Shown piece by piece: positions 1 through 12,126 of a DNA stretch of 64,000 nucleotides (within the stretch, counting starts at the first letter, position 1; each line of letters begins with the position of its first letter). Location of the stretch: the NCBI RefSeq assembly GCF_037042905.1, contig NC_087252.1, positions 8,868,001 through 8,932,000 of the forward strand. Reading direction: 5' to 3'. Under the pieces are notes generated by a model. That model ran no database searches and was not told the DNA's origin. It saw only the letters and a list, made by a program, of their open reading frames with translations. The DNA comes from Lytechinus pictus. Lineage: Eukaryota. The position numbers and the translations under genes are program-made.

Positions 1-1269
1 TTACCAGTCCAAACGTATTATTTTAACCGTGAGGACTCCGAAATCACATCTCCTTGGTGGATTTTAAATGAACTATGTCCATTTTTTTAATATAAGCAGT
101 CATTTTAGACTTCGATTTTGGAAGCCATCTTGGATTTTGGACATACTGGACCACTGACTGTCCTTTTCACTAATTTTCTGACTTTTAAACCCATGGTATA
201 GACATCAAAATCATATGCCCTTGACGGATATTACATGAACTATGTCCATTTGTAAATACCAGCGGCTAATTTACACTATTTTTTAAACCACCATGGAATT
301 TTTTACATACTTGACCACCCATCGTCCTTGTAACTTATCCCAATGTATTTAACCATGGTATAGGCACACAAATCATATTCCCGGATATTGAACAAACTAT
401 GTTGGTTTTGTTTAAGTAGCAACAGCATATTCTGCTCCATTTTTGGAAGCCATCTTGGATTTGTGAACATACAGGACCACTGACTGTCCTTGTAACTTGT
501 TCCAATGTATTATTTGACCATTTAAACCATCTTTTAGACACCAAAATCATATTTCCCAGGTGGATATGTTATGAGCTATGTCTATTTAAGTATTAACAAC
601 CATTTTAAACTCAATTTTTGAAAGCCGTCTTGGATTTTTGGACATTATAATTATAGCCTAATAACTTGTCCCGATGTACTACTTCACCATTAAAACCATT
701 GAATGGAAGCCAAATTAAAGCCACTTAAGTTAGTAATGGATGAATTGTGGATTTTTTTTAGACTACGGCAGCCATTTTGGGCGAAATCTTGGATTTTCCT
801 GGTACCCTAGAATGCTAATATTCACTCTAACAAGTATCAATATATTCGTTCACCCACTGGACCATGAAATATGAACCGAAGTAGGACTGTAGGGTGGATA
901 ATGAGTGAGTTATATCCATTTTTAGTGAATGGCGGCCATCTTGGACGCCATCTTGAAAATAACTACTTTCCCGTATGCGGATTTTTGTAGATTTTTAGTA
1001 TGTTTTTCCTGAGGTCAAATACTGCCAGAAACAGTTGAAAAATCATTTGTTGCAATTTGTTCCAGGTCTAATCATATATTGACCCGACTGTGTCAGTAGA
1101 GATGAAAATCCATTCAAATCTTGGACGCCATCTTGAAAATAACTACTTTCCCGTATGCGGATTTTGGTAGATTTTTAGTATGTTTTTCCTGAGGTCAAAT
1201 ACTGCCAGAAACAGTTGAAAAATCATTTGTTGCAATTTGTTCCAGGTCAAATCATATATTGACCCGACT
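1..1269. mobile_element. End of a non-autonomous DNA-transposon-like repeat with degenerate internal subrepeats; runs off the window
   Basis: The motif gccatcttggatttt / gccattttg recurs at about 124, 448, 625, 771 and 935. The repeat ends at gacccgact, where the next repeat family begins. Confidence 0.5.
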
Positions 1270-1297
1270 GTGTCAGTAGAGATGAAAATCCATTTAA
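938..1297. repeat. 180-bp direct tandem duplication spanning a junction between two repeats
   Basis: 938-1117 and 1118-1297 are nearly identical (atcttggacgccatcttgaaaat...gatgaaaatccatt). Confidence 0.9.
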
Positions 1298-1964
1298 ATC
1301 AAGCCCCTGCTTCTGTAGTGATGGTTCTGTGAGATAACATGGTTTGAGTCGTGGTTTGAAATACTCATGCATGTTTGTTTGTTTGTTACGTGTTTGCTTG
1401 TGCAGAGGGGTGTTTGATTCCATGTTAATGTTGACGTTGAGGTGCATGAAAATAATTAAGAGAAACCGCTGAGAAACTCACTCATCACCACTGAAAAAAA
1501 GCCTGTGACTTACAATATTATGTCATTTTGCAAATTTTGAATGTTGATCTTGCCACACATTTTAAGGCACTGCACCTCCATGTGAACCATAATCATATCA
1601 TGTAGGGTACTATTTTAAAGAAAATTAAATGAGCTATTCATTGTTATTAATTACACATTGATATTTACTAAAACGATGATGAATTATCGATCAAAATCAA
1701 AAGAAACCGCTGAGAAACTCACTCATTACCACGAAAAAAAAGAACAGTGAATTTCAATATTGTGTCATTTTGCAACTTTTGCATTTTGACCTTGCCCCAC
1801 ATTTCAAGACGCTGCACCTCCATGTGAACCATAATCATATCATGTAGGGTATCATTTTAAAGAAAATTAAATGTTCTATTTTTTGATCCTATTAACGCAT
1901 TGATATTTACTAAAACCGAGGAGGGATTACCTATCAAAGAGAGATTTCTAAACTTTTTTTGAGG

Positions 1965-1969
<5 letters not shown>
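1270..1969. mobile_element. Right part of a Tc1/mariner-like MITE, same family as 33333-34265
   Basis: Matches 33790-34265 and ends in aaactttttttgaggagttta followed by (TA)n. It has an internal ~240-bp duplication (about 1461-1695 and 1701-1935). Confidence 0.75.
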
Positions 1970-2012
<43 letters not shown>

Positions 2013-2045
2013 AGGGTGTGTGTGTGTGGGGGGTGTGGGGGTGTG
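1968..2045. repeat. (TA)n(TG)n microsatellite
   Basis: Read directly from the sequence. Confidence 0.95.
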
Positions 2046-2140
2046 AAACATTTGTCAATCCGTACGTGTCAACTAGCAACTTCTGATAATATGTTTTAAC
2101 AAATATTTGGTGTTAAAAGGGATTTGAATCGTATACTCAC

Positions 2141-2353
2141 GGCATTCTGGTTCTTGTCCTATCCACTGTCCTTGGCAAGTTCGTCGTTGATCACCGAACA
2201 ACATTTTCTTTCCAGGATCTTTGCATCGAGCAATCAAGAATGATCCGTCCGGTAAGACATGGTTCGAATAATATATGGTGACTGGCTTCCTCGCGTCTCC
2301 ATTTACAAACTGACGAACATCCCACCTATTTCGCGGGACTGAACAAGGTTTTT
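2141..2353 (-). CDS. Internal exon encoding a Sushi/CCP (SCR) domain
   Basis: Acceptor ttctag| and donor |gtgagt; 213 nt, phase 1-1. The translation KPCSVP...ARCKDPG...RTCQGQWIGQEPEC has the four-Cys, W-x4-P-x-C CCP pattern. Confidence 0.8.
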
Positions 2354-3781
2354 CTAGAAGATACAAATTAGAATATCAGGAATTGTGAAAACATGATAAT
2401 CAAGCATGCATCTGTTTAAAGGATAGGCCTAAAGAGCATTGCTTTGCGATGGATCTTGTGTTACATGTCTGAAAGGTCAAGTCCACCCCGAAAAAAATGT
2501 TGATAGGAATAAAAACAGAAAATACAAGAAGCGTAACATTGAACAATTTATCAAAATCGGATGTAAAAAAAAGGATGACATTTTGAAGTTTAAAAACAGT
2601 TAAATGCACATCTTGGTTGGTATGCAAATTCGTGGACTGATGGCATCACCAACTCCCTATTTCTTTTCTATCTTGATATATGAATTTTCTCCTAATCATT
2701 CTGCGAATCAAAGACTTATTCCTCTTTGAATATATGCGCCGTGTAGGATTCATTTCTGGGTCGCACTGCGATACCGCCTTAAAAGTATTCTTTTATTTAT
2801 CTTTTGAAATTTTCAGTTTTATTTAATAAGGGTGATCTCATCAATTACAAAAACTACTATCCTTGAGGGTCCTGACAAAAAAATCAATATATAAAATATT
2901 TACAAAGAATACATTAATCAAAATGGCATGTACAGGCATCAAAGTATTACCAAAAACAAATTCATATGATAAACATTAAAATACAATCAAATATTACAAT
3001 TGAATTGCAAAAAAAGGTTACCGTATAAAGTTAAGACAAGAGGACAAATTAAGGCAATTGGAAATAACCAAAGACGACGCTGTTGTGAAAATACAAATTT
3101 AATGGCAAACAACAGGAGGGCTTCGTCGAAAAATGTAAACCGGAACAGTAATTTCTTCTCAAGTTTAGGAGCTGACAAAGAAATTGCATGTAAGTCGTTT
3201 GTCCAGAGTCAAGGGATGAACAGTTGTTTTGATTCACTGATATTTTCGACAAAGAATTCTTTGGCTGTTCATTGTTAAAAGGGGCTTTGACATTTCATTT
3301 TATGTTCTTGAATCCGTCGTGCGACGTAAGAGAAACCTCCGCTTTGGGTGGGGAAAGGCAAACTTTCGCCAACTTCAGCGAAGCTGGTGACATTTTTAAT
3401 AGCGAGGGTGACGTGACAGAGTGTTCTATGAGGCGCCTGGCTAGACGCATGAAATTCCCGCACAGCAAAAACTGTGGTGTTAACCGGTGTACATAAAGGA
3501 CCACACCAGTCATTTTACTCCGGTGTTAAATTGACTCCCTAACCTATAGGGTTAGGGAGTCGAGTCGAGTCGAGTTGTTGTGCTATGCTGTTTCATTTTC
3601 GATTTTGGACTATCTTTTGGATTTATATAGGAATTAGGATTTATACCTTGGATCCTTTTGGATTTTGCTATTGCTAATTTTGGGGAAATTCGGATTGCAG
3701 AAGGGTAAGCTGACATTTTTGGGCCTTTCACGCACTCTGCACTTAGATATAGCGAGGGTTTGAATTTCCCGCCAAACCACA

Positions 3782-5099
3782 ATGGCGGGCGCCACTAACG
3801 TGGCGGAGAATCTAGCTCACCGCAAGCCTCCAGAAGAGGAGGGAGGTTTTCAAGTAATAAGAAAACTAAAATTAGCCAAGAAAAGAATGAGAGAAGGTAG
3901 TTTAAGTGATGTTGAAGAGCTGGCAGCGGATACCGATTTTGGCACACCGCCGTCAACTCCTTTCAAAACAGGAATAAATGCCCCAAAAGCAGACCTCCTA
4001 AAGGTACTCTTAGTACCCATTGATAGAAATAAAAACCTTAGTGTAGTTAATGAACTAACTGTCAAGAAGGATATTGGAAAGGCTTGCAGGTCTCCCCCTG
4101 ACTTCATTAAGTTTGTACGAGGTGGGAAGGGTCTCTTAGTAAAGTGTAAAAATGACAAGCAACGTAAAGCCTTAACTCAGATACCAGAGATTGGCAATAT
4201 TCCAGTCAAAATAGAGGAAAAAACCTATGCCTCGAAAGGGGTCATATTTGGAATTTCTCTAGAAACTTCTGAGGAAGATATTCTGAAGGAGCTAGAACAA
4301 AGCAGAGTAGTGAAGGTTGAGAGAATGAAGAAACGAATTGAGGGTGATTTGAAGCCCCTAAAGACAGTAATATTGTTCTTCTCTACCCCCCAAATAAGTT
4401 CCAGAACATGTTGAATTTTGCTTCCAGAAAATAAGAGTCAAGGAATACATTCCACCAGCACCCAGGTGCTTTAAATGCCAAAGATACGGGCATTTAGCAA
4501 GTGGATGTAGTGCTAAGGAAAGGTGCCCCAGATGTGGCCTAGGACATTCGGTAGAAAATTGCGAACTGGAGCGACAACATTTCAAATGTGTAAATTGCAA
4601 TGGTAATCATTCGGCTGCTTATAAAGGTTGTGAGGCATCAAAAGAAGCACAAGAAGTGCAGCAAATTAAAGTACAAAATCGCATCTCATATGCGCAAGCA
4701 GTGAGACTACGCTCCGAACAAAACGAGGAAATTAAGCAGGGAAAACGTTTTGTAAACAAGGCAGAAATTAAAAAAGTAACAAATCCAATTAATAGAATAA
4801 ACACTCAGAAAGGAAATGCAGTTTCTGATCAAACCGAAATGGAAATCGTCTCGGATTCGCAATTTTCTACCAAAACAGAGGTGACAAGTAAAATGTCTGA
4901 GAATGTAGGCCAAACGCATAGTAATTTCTTGAAAGGTGCTTCAGACATCACACTTATTTCTTTCTTTATTAGACTAATCAGAATAGTAACAAAGCCTGAC
5001 TGTAATCCATTTGATGAAATAACACATATTTTGAAAGATACTCTGGGTTTACATCCCACAGACGTTGATTTACAGTCGATTCGCAGCCTATTCTACTAG
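3782..5099 (+). pseudogene. LINE ORF1 (gag-like nucleic-acid-binding protein with three CCHC zinc knuckles), one +1 frameshift
   Basis: Removing one A at ~4397 joins ORF 3782 to the 4656 frame. The joined product contains CFKCQRYGHLASGC, CPRCGLGHSVENC and CVNCNGNHSAAYKGC and stops at TAG 5097-5099. Confidence 0.9.
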
Positions 5100-5112
5100 T
5101 CTGATCACCCTC

Positions 5113-8100
5113 GTGGCATTCAGCATTCTCCAGTGGAATGCACAGGGTCTTGAATGCCACGGGGATGAGCTTATTAGATTTTTGAATCAACAAAAAGACC
5201 CTTAGAAATTATTTGTGTACAAGAAACTTGGTTAGAAGAGGGGAGGGTCTTACAGATACCAGACTATATATGTGAATATAGGAATAGAAAAGGAGGGTCC
5301 CGAGGGGGTTGCGCTATATACGTCCATTCCTCACTAAACTACAAAGGTGTTTTTAAACACGATGATCTGGAGATCATATCATTAGAAATTTTATTGGATG
5401 ATGAGATTTTAAATGTAGTTAATTTCTACAACCCGTGCAGCAAACTTAGCACAGATTCGCTGAATGAACTTTTAAAAAATGTGAGGGGGAAAAACTTTGT
5501 AATATTGGGAGACTTTAATGCCCATAATACATTATGGGGCAGTAAAAAAACAGATGCTAATGGCAAAGTAGTGGAAGAATTTGCAAACGAGAGAAATCTT
5601 GTTATCTTAAATGATGGAAGTGCCACTAGAGTAGACTACCACACGGGTAATTTTTCTTGTTTGGATCTAACATTAGCCCCTCCTTGTACAGCGAACAAAA
5701 CAACGTGGCAGGTCCTGAACAACAGCTTTGGAAGTGACCATTATCCATTGTTAAGCCAGTTGAACATACTGAAAGGGAATGGTACGCAAACAAAGATCGA
5801 CCACTCCCAGTCTATCAGTTCAATGTTATCCACAAAGAATGTAAATTGGGATGAATTTAGGCGGCAAACTGATGAGCAGTGGAATACCTTACAGAAAGGA
5901 GGCAAGGTCATAGAGTTCGATTCTTTCATGGAATCAATTAAGATTACCCTGGAAAATTTGAAAGGACATCGAGCTACCAAGAATATTAAGAAAAACCCAG
6001 TACCATGGTGGAATAAAGAATGTTCCTCTAAAATAAAGGAGAGAAATAGAGTAAGGAGCAAATTGAAAAGTTATGTAATACCCCCTCCAGATTTATTGGA
6101 GGATTTTAAGAAGAAAAGATCTATTGCCCAGAAAACTTTAAGGCAAGCCAAAAGAGTTTACTGGGAAAAGTACTGTCAAGACATTGATCGTTTTACTCCT
6201 TTATCCGAGATCTGGAATATGATTAAAAGGATCAATAATGATGGTATTTCGCCCAGGAAAAACATTGTTCTCATGCGAGAGAATAGTTCCGTTGTTACTG
6301 GCAATGACGTTGCGGATACTTTCGCCAACCACTTTAAAAACATAAACGATAGTTTTAAGGGCAAAGTTTTTACCCCTGAACAAATAGATATTGTTAAAAA
6401 ATATGAGGACATCATATCATCATTTGGTGATGCTAAGGGTAGTAGTGTCCTTAATGAACCCTTTACCATGTACGAATTGAGAATATCTTTAAAAAAATGT
6501 AAAAAGTCTTCTCCAGGTAAAGATGGTGTTGGGTATGAAGTATATAAAAATCTCTCACACAAAGGGAGAGTGATAATGTTAACTATACTTAATAGAATAT
6601 GGGAAACAGGAATTGTTCCCCTCCAATGTAAGCATTGCGTCATAGTCCCAATATTGAAACCACACAAGGAAGCTACAGACGTTTCTTCCTACAGGCCTAT
6701 CGCTCTTAATGACTGTTTCATCAAAATAGTTGAGAAAATCATCAAAGAAAGAATGGTATGGTTCACGGAAAAACATAGTTTGTTACCATCTTGCCACAGT
6801 GCTTTTAGAAAGGCAAGAAGCACAAAAGACAATATAACCCAACTTGAAAATGACATTCAAAAAAGTATTGGGAATAAAGAACATACCCTGGCCGTTTTCT
6901 TTGACATGGAGAAGGCTTATGATAGACTATGGAAGGAAGGCTTGATTTATAAACTTAATAAACTTGGTTTCCAAGGCAACATGGTCAAGTTCTTATGGAA
7001 CTATTTAAGCGGGCGCTCTTTCCAGGTCAGGGCAAATAAGTACCTCTCAGTTATACAGGACATAGATGAAGGGCTACCGCAGGGTAGTTCCCTAAGTCCC
7101 GTCCTTTTCAATTTAATGTTGTCGGACATACCAATGGACGAATCTGTCAATATTTCTATATACGCAGACGACTGTGTTGTATGGAAAAGTGGAAAAAACA
7201 TTGATTTTCTAAAAAGAAAAGTACAAACCTATGTGAATATCCTAAATGAGTGGTTCAACAGATGGGGTTTTACCCTTTCTAAAGAAAAATCTGTTACTTT
7301 GCTTTTTAGTAACACTAACAAATGTGTACAGATTGAATTAGATGAGGTCCCCTTACCACAAAAGGACGAACATCTATTTTTAGGAGTAGTACTGGATAGA
7401 AAGTTAACCTGGAGACCACATATAAATATGATTGTAACAAGAGCAAAAAGGAAAATAAATATAATGAAAAGACTAGTGGGAACTAAGTGGGGAAGTAGTT
7501 ATAAAAGCCTTTTGACTTTTTATAAAGTGATCATTAGGCCATTGTTGGATTATGCAGCAGAAGCATATGATTCAGCTCATGATCATGTGAAGAACTTCTT
7601 GTTGACTATTCAATACCAGGCTTTAAAATTGTGCACAGGGGCGTTGCCGGGTACCTCCCTGGAATCCTTACAGGTAGATACTGGTGAATTACCACTCGAT
7701 CTGAGAAGATACATGCTTAGCAAGGTTTACAAAGCAAAAATAAGACAAAACGCCAAACACCCACTCCAATCTTCATTGAAGAACTGTTGGCAATTTGAAT
7801 ACGAAAAAAATAAGAAAGCACGAAAACCTTTTGGTTTGAGAGTTTTGGAAGATGAGATATACTACACAACTGAATCTTTTCAGTCTTATACACCCTTGCC
7901 TCCTTGGCATCTCTCTCCACCAGAAGTGTCATTGAAGCTGCATGAGCTTGTATCCAAAAGTGATAACGTTTTTTATCAATATAACACAACTGTGGAGTAT
8001 ATTAATACAAAGTGGAGAGAGAATCTCCATATTTACACTGATGGTTCTAGAGACCCAGTGCACGGCAATGCCTCTGCTTGTTTTTACGTGCCTGCTATGC

Positions 8101-8903
8101 GGGTAATTGAATGTAAAAGAATGCAAAATTTTACATCATCGTATAGATCAGAATTGGTCGCCATTGTTCTGGCATTGCAGTGGTTGGAAAATTTGAATGT
8201 TTATAATAAAGTGGTAATTTTTACCGATTCTCTGAGTGCTATCGAAGCAGTGAAGGAAAACAACGATGATAATTTCGTTAGAGAAATCATAAATACCGCT
8301 ACTTGTCTAAAATATAAAGGTATATTGATTTGCTTAGAGTGGATTCCTTCTCACTGTGGGGTTAATGGAAACGAAACGGCTGACTTCTATGCAAAGGCAG
8401 CCCTAAAACAAGAAATAGAGATAAATAATGGTTTGAATATCCAAGAAACAAAAAAGATTGTAAGAGTCCTTGCAAGAAATGAATGGCAGAAGAGATGGGA
8501 CAAGTCAACTTCAGAATTAAGAAAATACCAGAAAGTTGTATCAGAAAAAACACCCTTTGATTATCTCTGCACAGACAAAAGTGGTGAAAAAATGATCCAC
8601 AGATTACGTTTGGGAGGTTTGGGTTTGAATGACTTCCTTTTTAAGACGGGAAGACACACAACTGGAAAGTGTGATTTCTGCAATGAAAGAGAAACGATTT
8701 ACCACTTCTTATATGTTTGCCCTAGATTTATAATTCAACGAGCCCTATTACTTGCTGAATTAAATGTTAACAATATATCTGATGCGGAACGTAAAGTGGA
8801 GAATCTCGCAGTAAAGACCCAAAGTGCACTTATCAGATATTTCAAAAGGACTTATAGATTTCAATATGGTTGCCAGGATGGCAACCATTACAACAGGGTG
8901 TAG
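5113..8903 (+). CDS. LINE ORF2: AP endonuclease, reverse transcriptase, RNase H and C-terminal CCHC; one frameshift near 5195
   Basis: APE motifs: ILQWNAQG (from GTG 5113), CVQETW, GDFNAH, SDHYP. RT motifs: FFDMEKAYD, GLPQGSSLSP, YADD. RNase H motifs: IYTDGS, SELVAI, IFTDSLS, WIPSHCGVNGNETAD. C-terminal CDFC-x7-H-x4-C. Confidence 0.95.
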
Positions 8904-10280
8904 TCAAGACTTCGTAACCATAATACTTTTTCTGAGCAAGGTGTATATATAATATTATTCATCGATCTTGGGGGGTAATTGTTTATGATGTAATCGATGA
9001 TGTTTTCACCTAAATAGTCTATGTGTGCACCTTTCTTGTCACTTTCACTTTATCATATGGCCCTTGAATGTCAGTATTTACTCTACTGTAAATGTTTTTT
9101 TTTTGTTTGTTAAAAAGTTATATAAAAAAATGTTGATATTGATCTGATCGATTTGACATAAATTTTCACCTGCGGAATTTTAAATGGAGTTCTACGAGGT
9201 ATCGGATAGAGCGCCACCTGCTCACGTTTGAGAGACATAGGGAGTACAATTTGTTTGTACGCCTGAGACGCCCTCGAAATGTACCTCGAGCGGGCTTGTC
9301 AGGATAACGTACTAATACAGGGCAGGAGAGGTGGTCTTGCACGATTTCCTAGGAACTTTTCTTTCCTATCTTTCCTTTACTTTTTTTAACTGATATAGAT
9401 TGAACAAAGAAATTATTCTTTTTGAAAAAAAAGGGAAAGCAAATTTACAAGGCAACAATAGTCAAAACTGACTAGTTTGCCTATTTAAAATAACAACAAC
9501 AACAACAACAACACCTATAGGTGTTATTACAACACCTTTGGTTGTTATATTTACACTCTTTGGTGTTATGTTCAATCTCTAGGGTGTAATTTTAACACCT
9601 CAGGGTGTGGTCCTCTATTAACACCAACTGGTGTCAGTTTTAACACCACAGTTTTTACAGTGCGGGCTCGATCCTCGGCAACAAAGGAATTCATTCAATT
9701 GACTTTGCTGTTTTATCCTATAATCAAATAAATGGAAATTTTGTTCGTAATCTTTGTAGCTATGTGTGTAAAAAAAAGTAACATGTGAAGATTATAAAGA
9801 GACTCAAGCCTCTGTAACATTTTTCTATTTTAATTCTACAGTTGCTACTTGAAAAATTGTTTTAGCAGTTGTAGTCATTGTAATCATGATTATCATACGC
9901 ATCTCACTAAACAAATTTAGCGAGCGCGAAGCGCGAGCTGAACAAATTATATTCAAATCAGAAAAAGGGACATTTTAAGGACTGAATTCGGGAATTCATG
10001 AAGAGCAGACATATCTCACCAATCCACTAAAGCGGGAGTATGCACTGATTGAAAATGTTCTATATTCACACCTAAAGAGGGGGCAATCACCAAAGGTAGT
10101 CATGAAAAAGAAGAATATGTCACTCCACAAAACAATAATAACTTGAATTGCAAGGAAATATATTTGATGTACATTATGTTGAAAACGGCATGTTTAAGCA
10201 AAACATGATTATATATCTCGTTAAACCAACAATGCGAGCACCAGGAAAGATGAGCACATAGGCCCTGAGCAAATTATATT

Positions 10281-10735
10281 TCATGAATATTCATTAGATA
10301 GACTGATGATGTCAAATCCCCACTTTCCTTTTGCTTAAGTTATTGCATGGAATCATAATTGTTTCATTTTTTCATACACGTGTAAATAATGTGTCTCCTT
10401 TGTGATGAAATAAGTTACAGCAATGAATATCTAATGCACTAAATCAGTTATCAATCCAATGTTTTCGGTTCTTGGTAGAAATACTTTGAATAAACCTATA
10501 ATTTCATATAATAAAATACAAAAGAAGAAGTGGGGATATGACACCATGAAGTTGCTTATTGGTATTCATGAAGACATGCCTAGAACTGTTTCACCATAAT
10601 AATGCAAATCTTTAAAATGCCAAAACTATGTTATTTCTAGTTCGATTTTGATCACATTTTCAGTATTTGGTCTGTCTGATTTGTTTTCTTTATCATATCT
10701 AAATCATATTATTTCCAGCCCAGATCATCCATTTA
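10281..10735. mobile_element. Partial copy of the TTAA-type MITE family seen at 51420-52823
   Basis: Shares tcatgaatattcattaga...gatgatgtca...ctagaactgtttcacc and the terminal cagcc...atcc with 51561-52823. Confidence 0.65.
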
Positions 10736-11153
10736 CGGAGCGTCACGCCATATGTACTTAAAGATTCTAGGCCAACTTCTTTCCTAAAAATGAGAAAATT
10801 TTTCATTTTTTCCATTGACTTTGTAATTCAATCCATAGATCAACATTAAGAAAACAGATACTACCAATTTATAGAACTTTACAGATTAATGTTCAGACAC
10901 GTGTTATATGACACATATGTTGGTAGTTTTGTTAAACATCAATCAATATAATTCAATCAATCGATATTTAGATACACTGGGTGAAAAGAAAAAGGAAAAT
11001 GTTTCTGAGCCAAAGACTCTCTGTCCCCTTCTGTAAATCTTCCTGCAAACACTAAAATCAAGTTTTAGGCAAATAAAAGTTCTTTATGTTTTTTACCATG
11101 AATATTAGTCTATATTAAGACAAATAAATGTTAAACGCAAACAAATTACATAC

Positions 11154-11354
11154 CACACCGAGGCCATGCTGGGATCCATACTCCGTTCGAGCATTGTGAC
11201 GTCACAGAATGTTGCGGGACCGCACCGGTATCACAACTGATTGATACTTCAACCTCGTACCCGTTCGGGATTCCCTCGGACCAGAACCCTCCGGCTCCCC
11301 TTACCGTGTACCGCCCTAAACGGCTTGTTTCAGGCATGCATGGCGAGGTACCAA
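11154..11354 (-). CDS. Internal exon encoding a Sushi/CCP domain, probably the same gene as 2141-2353
   Basis: Acceptor ccctag| and donor |gtatgt; 201 nt, phase 1-1. Translation SPCMPE...ISCDTG...SQCSNGVWIPAWPRC. Confidence 0.8.
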
Positions 11355-11911
11355 CTAGGGACGATAATATTTAAATATATACCGATGAAAAGAAATCCAT
11401 CTTTAAAATAAAATACCGACATGACCGATGGCTTTTCAGGCTCTGATGTACTGCTGAAGATTAGTCAGCTAAATATTGTCATATGTCTACATAATTAAGG
11501 AAATAATATATGGACTTTTAACAGTGATTAATAAAAAAAATGAATTGGTTGAGCACCCCCCCCCCCCCCCCCCGGCCTTCGTCATTTTTCTGGTCCCGCG
11601 ACGTACAAAAAATACGTCGAGTTCTTTTCCGGTTATGGACAAAGGTGCTTAGACGTAGTATGTCTTTTTTATATGAACACCGCCTATTTCTATCTGCAGT
11701 AATTCCAAAACTATTTCAACGTATTAATCCATAAATAACGAGAATGAATTATTTAAAAAAAATGCATTATATATGACTTAAAAGTTTGTGTTTTTTTGTT
11801 TGGTATAAATATTACAACTTTTTCATATCCTAAAGGACTGGGCCAAAATCTAGTGATATCGGGGTGTTGACGAAAAGAGTATGATCATAGGCCTTAATTT
11901 TCTTCGTGTTA

Positions 11912-12126
11912 CAGTGAAAAACTTAGCACGTTGTTTAAGCCTGTCACTCTAACAACAGGTTGTTTAAACTTTTTTTTTATTGTTAAAACTTAAAAAAAAA
12001 ACTTGTTTAAAAAGTTTAAACAGTTGTTTAAAAAGTCTAAACATTTGTTTAAAAATTTTAAACAGTAGTTGTTGGAGTGACAGGCTTAAACAACGTCCTT
12101 AAAATTTTAAACAGCATTTTACAGTG
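11912..12126. mobile_element. Palindromic MITE
   Basis: Inverted arms acgttgtttaagcctgtcactc / gagtgacaggcttaaacaacgt, a gtttaaac-rich core, and a ttttacagtg end. Confidence 0.6.

Larger units (their letters stand above)
3551..9512 (+). mobile_element. Full-length non-LTR retrotransposon of the I group (I/Nimb/Loa-like), antisense in an intron of the Sushi gene
   Basis: ORF1 plus APE-RT-RNase H ORF2, a ~590-bp 3' UTR and an (AAC)n tail at 9492-9512. TSD acctatagg at 3542-3550 and 9513-9521. Confidence 0.95.
3461..9662. mobile_element. Small CAC...GTG MITE (about 230 bp, CMC/EnSpm-like) split by the LINE
   Basis: TIRs cacagcaaaaactgtggtgttaa (3461) and ttaacaccacagtttttacagtg (ends 9662); cg on both flanks (2-bp TSD). 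Confidence 0.8.

Noticed and set aside
9262..9285. Hammerhead ribozyme core (ctgaga...gaaa) in the LINE 3' UTR
   Set aside because: It lacks the full CUGANGA, and I could not build stems I-III.
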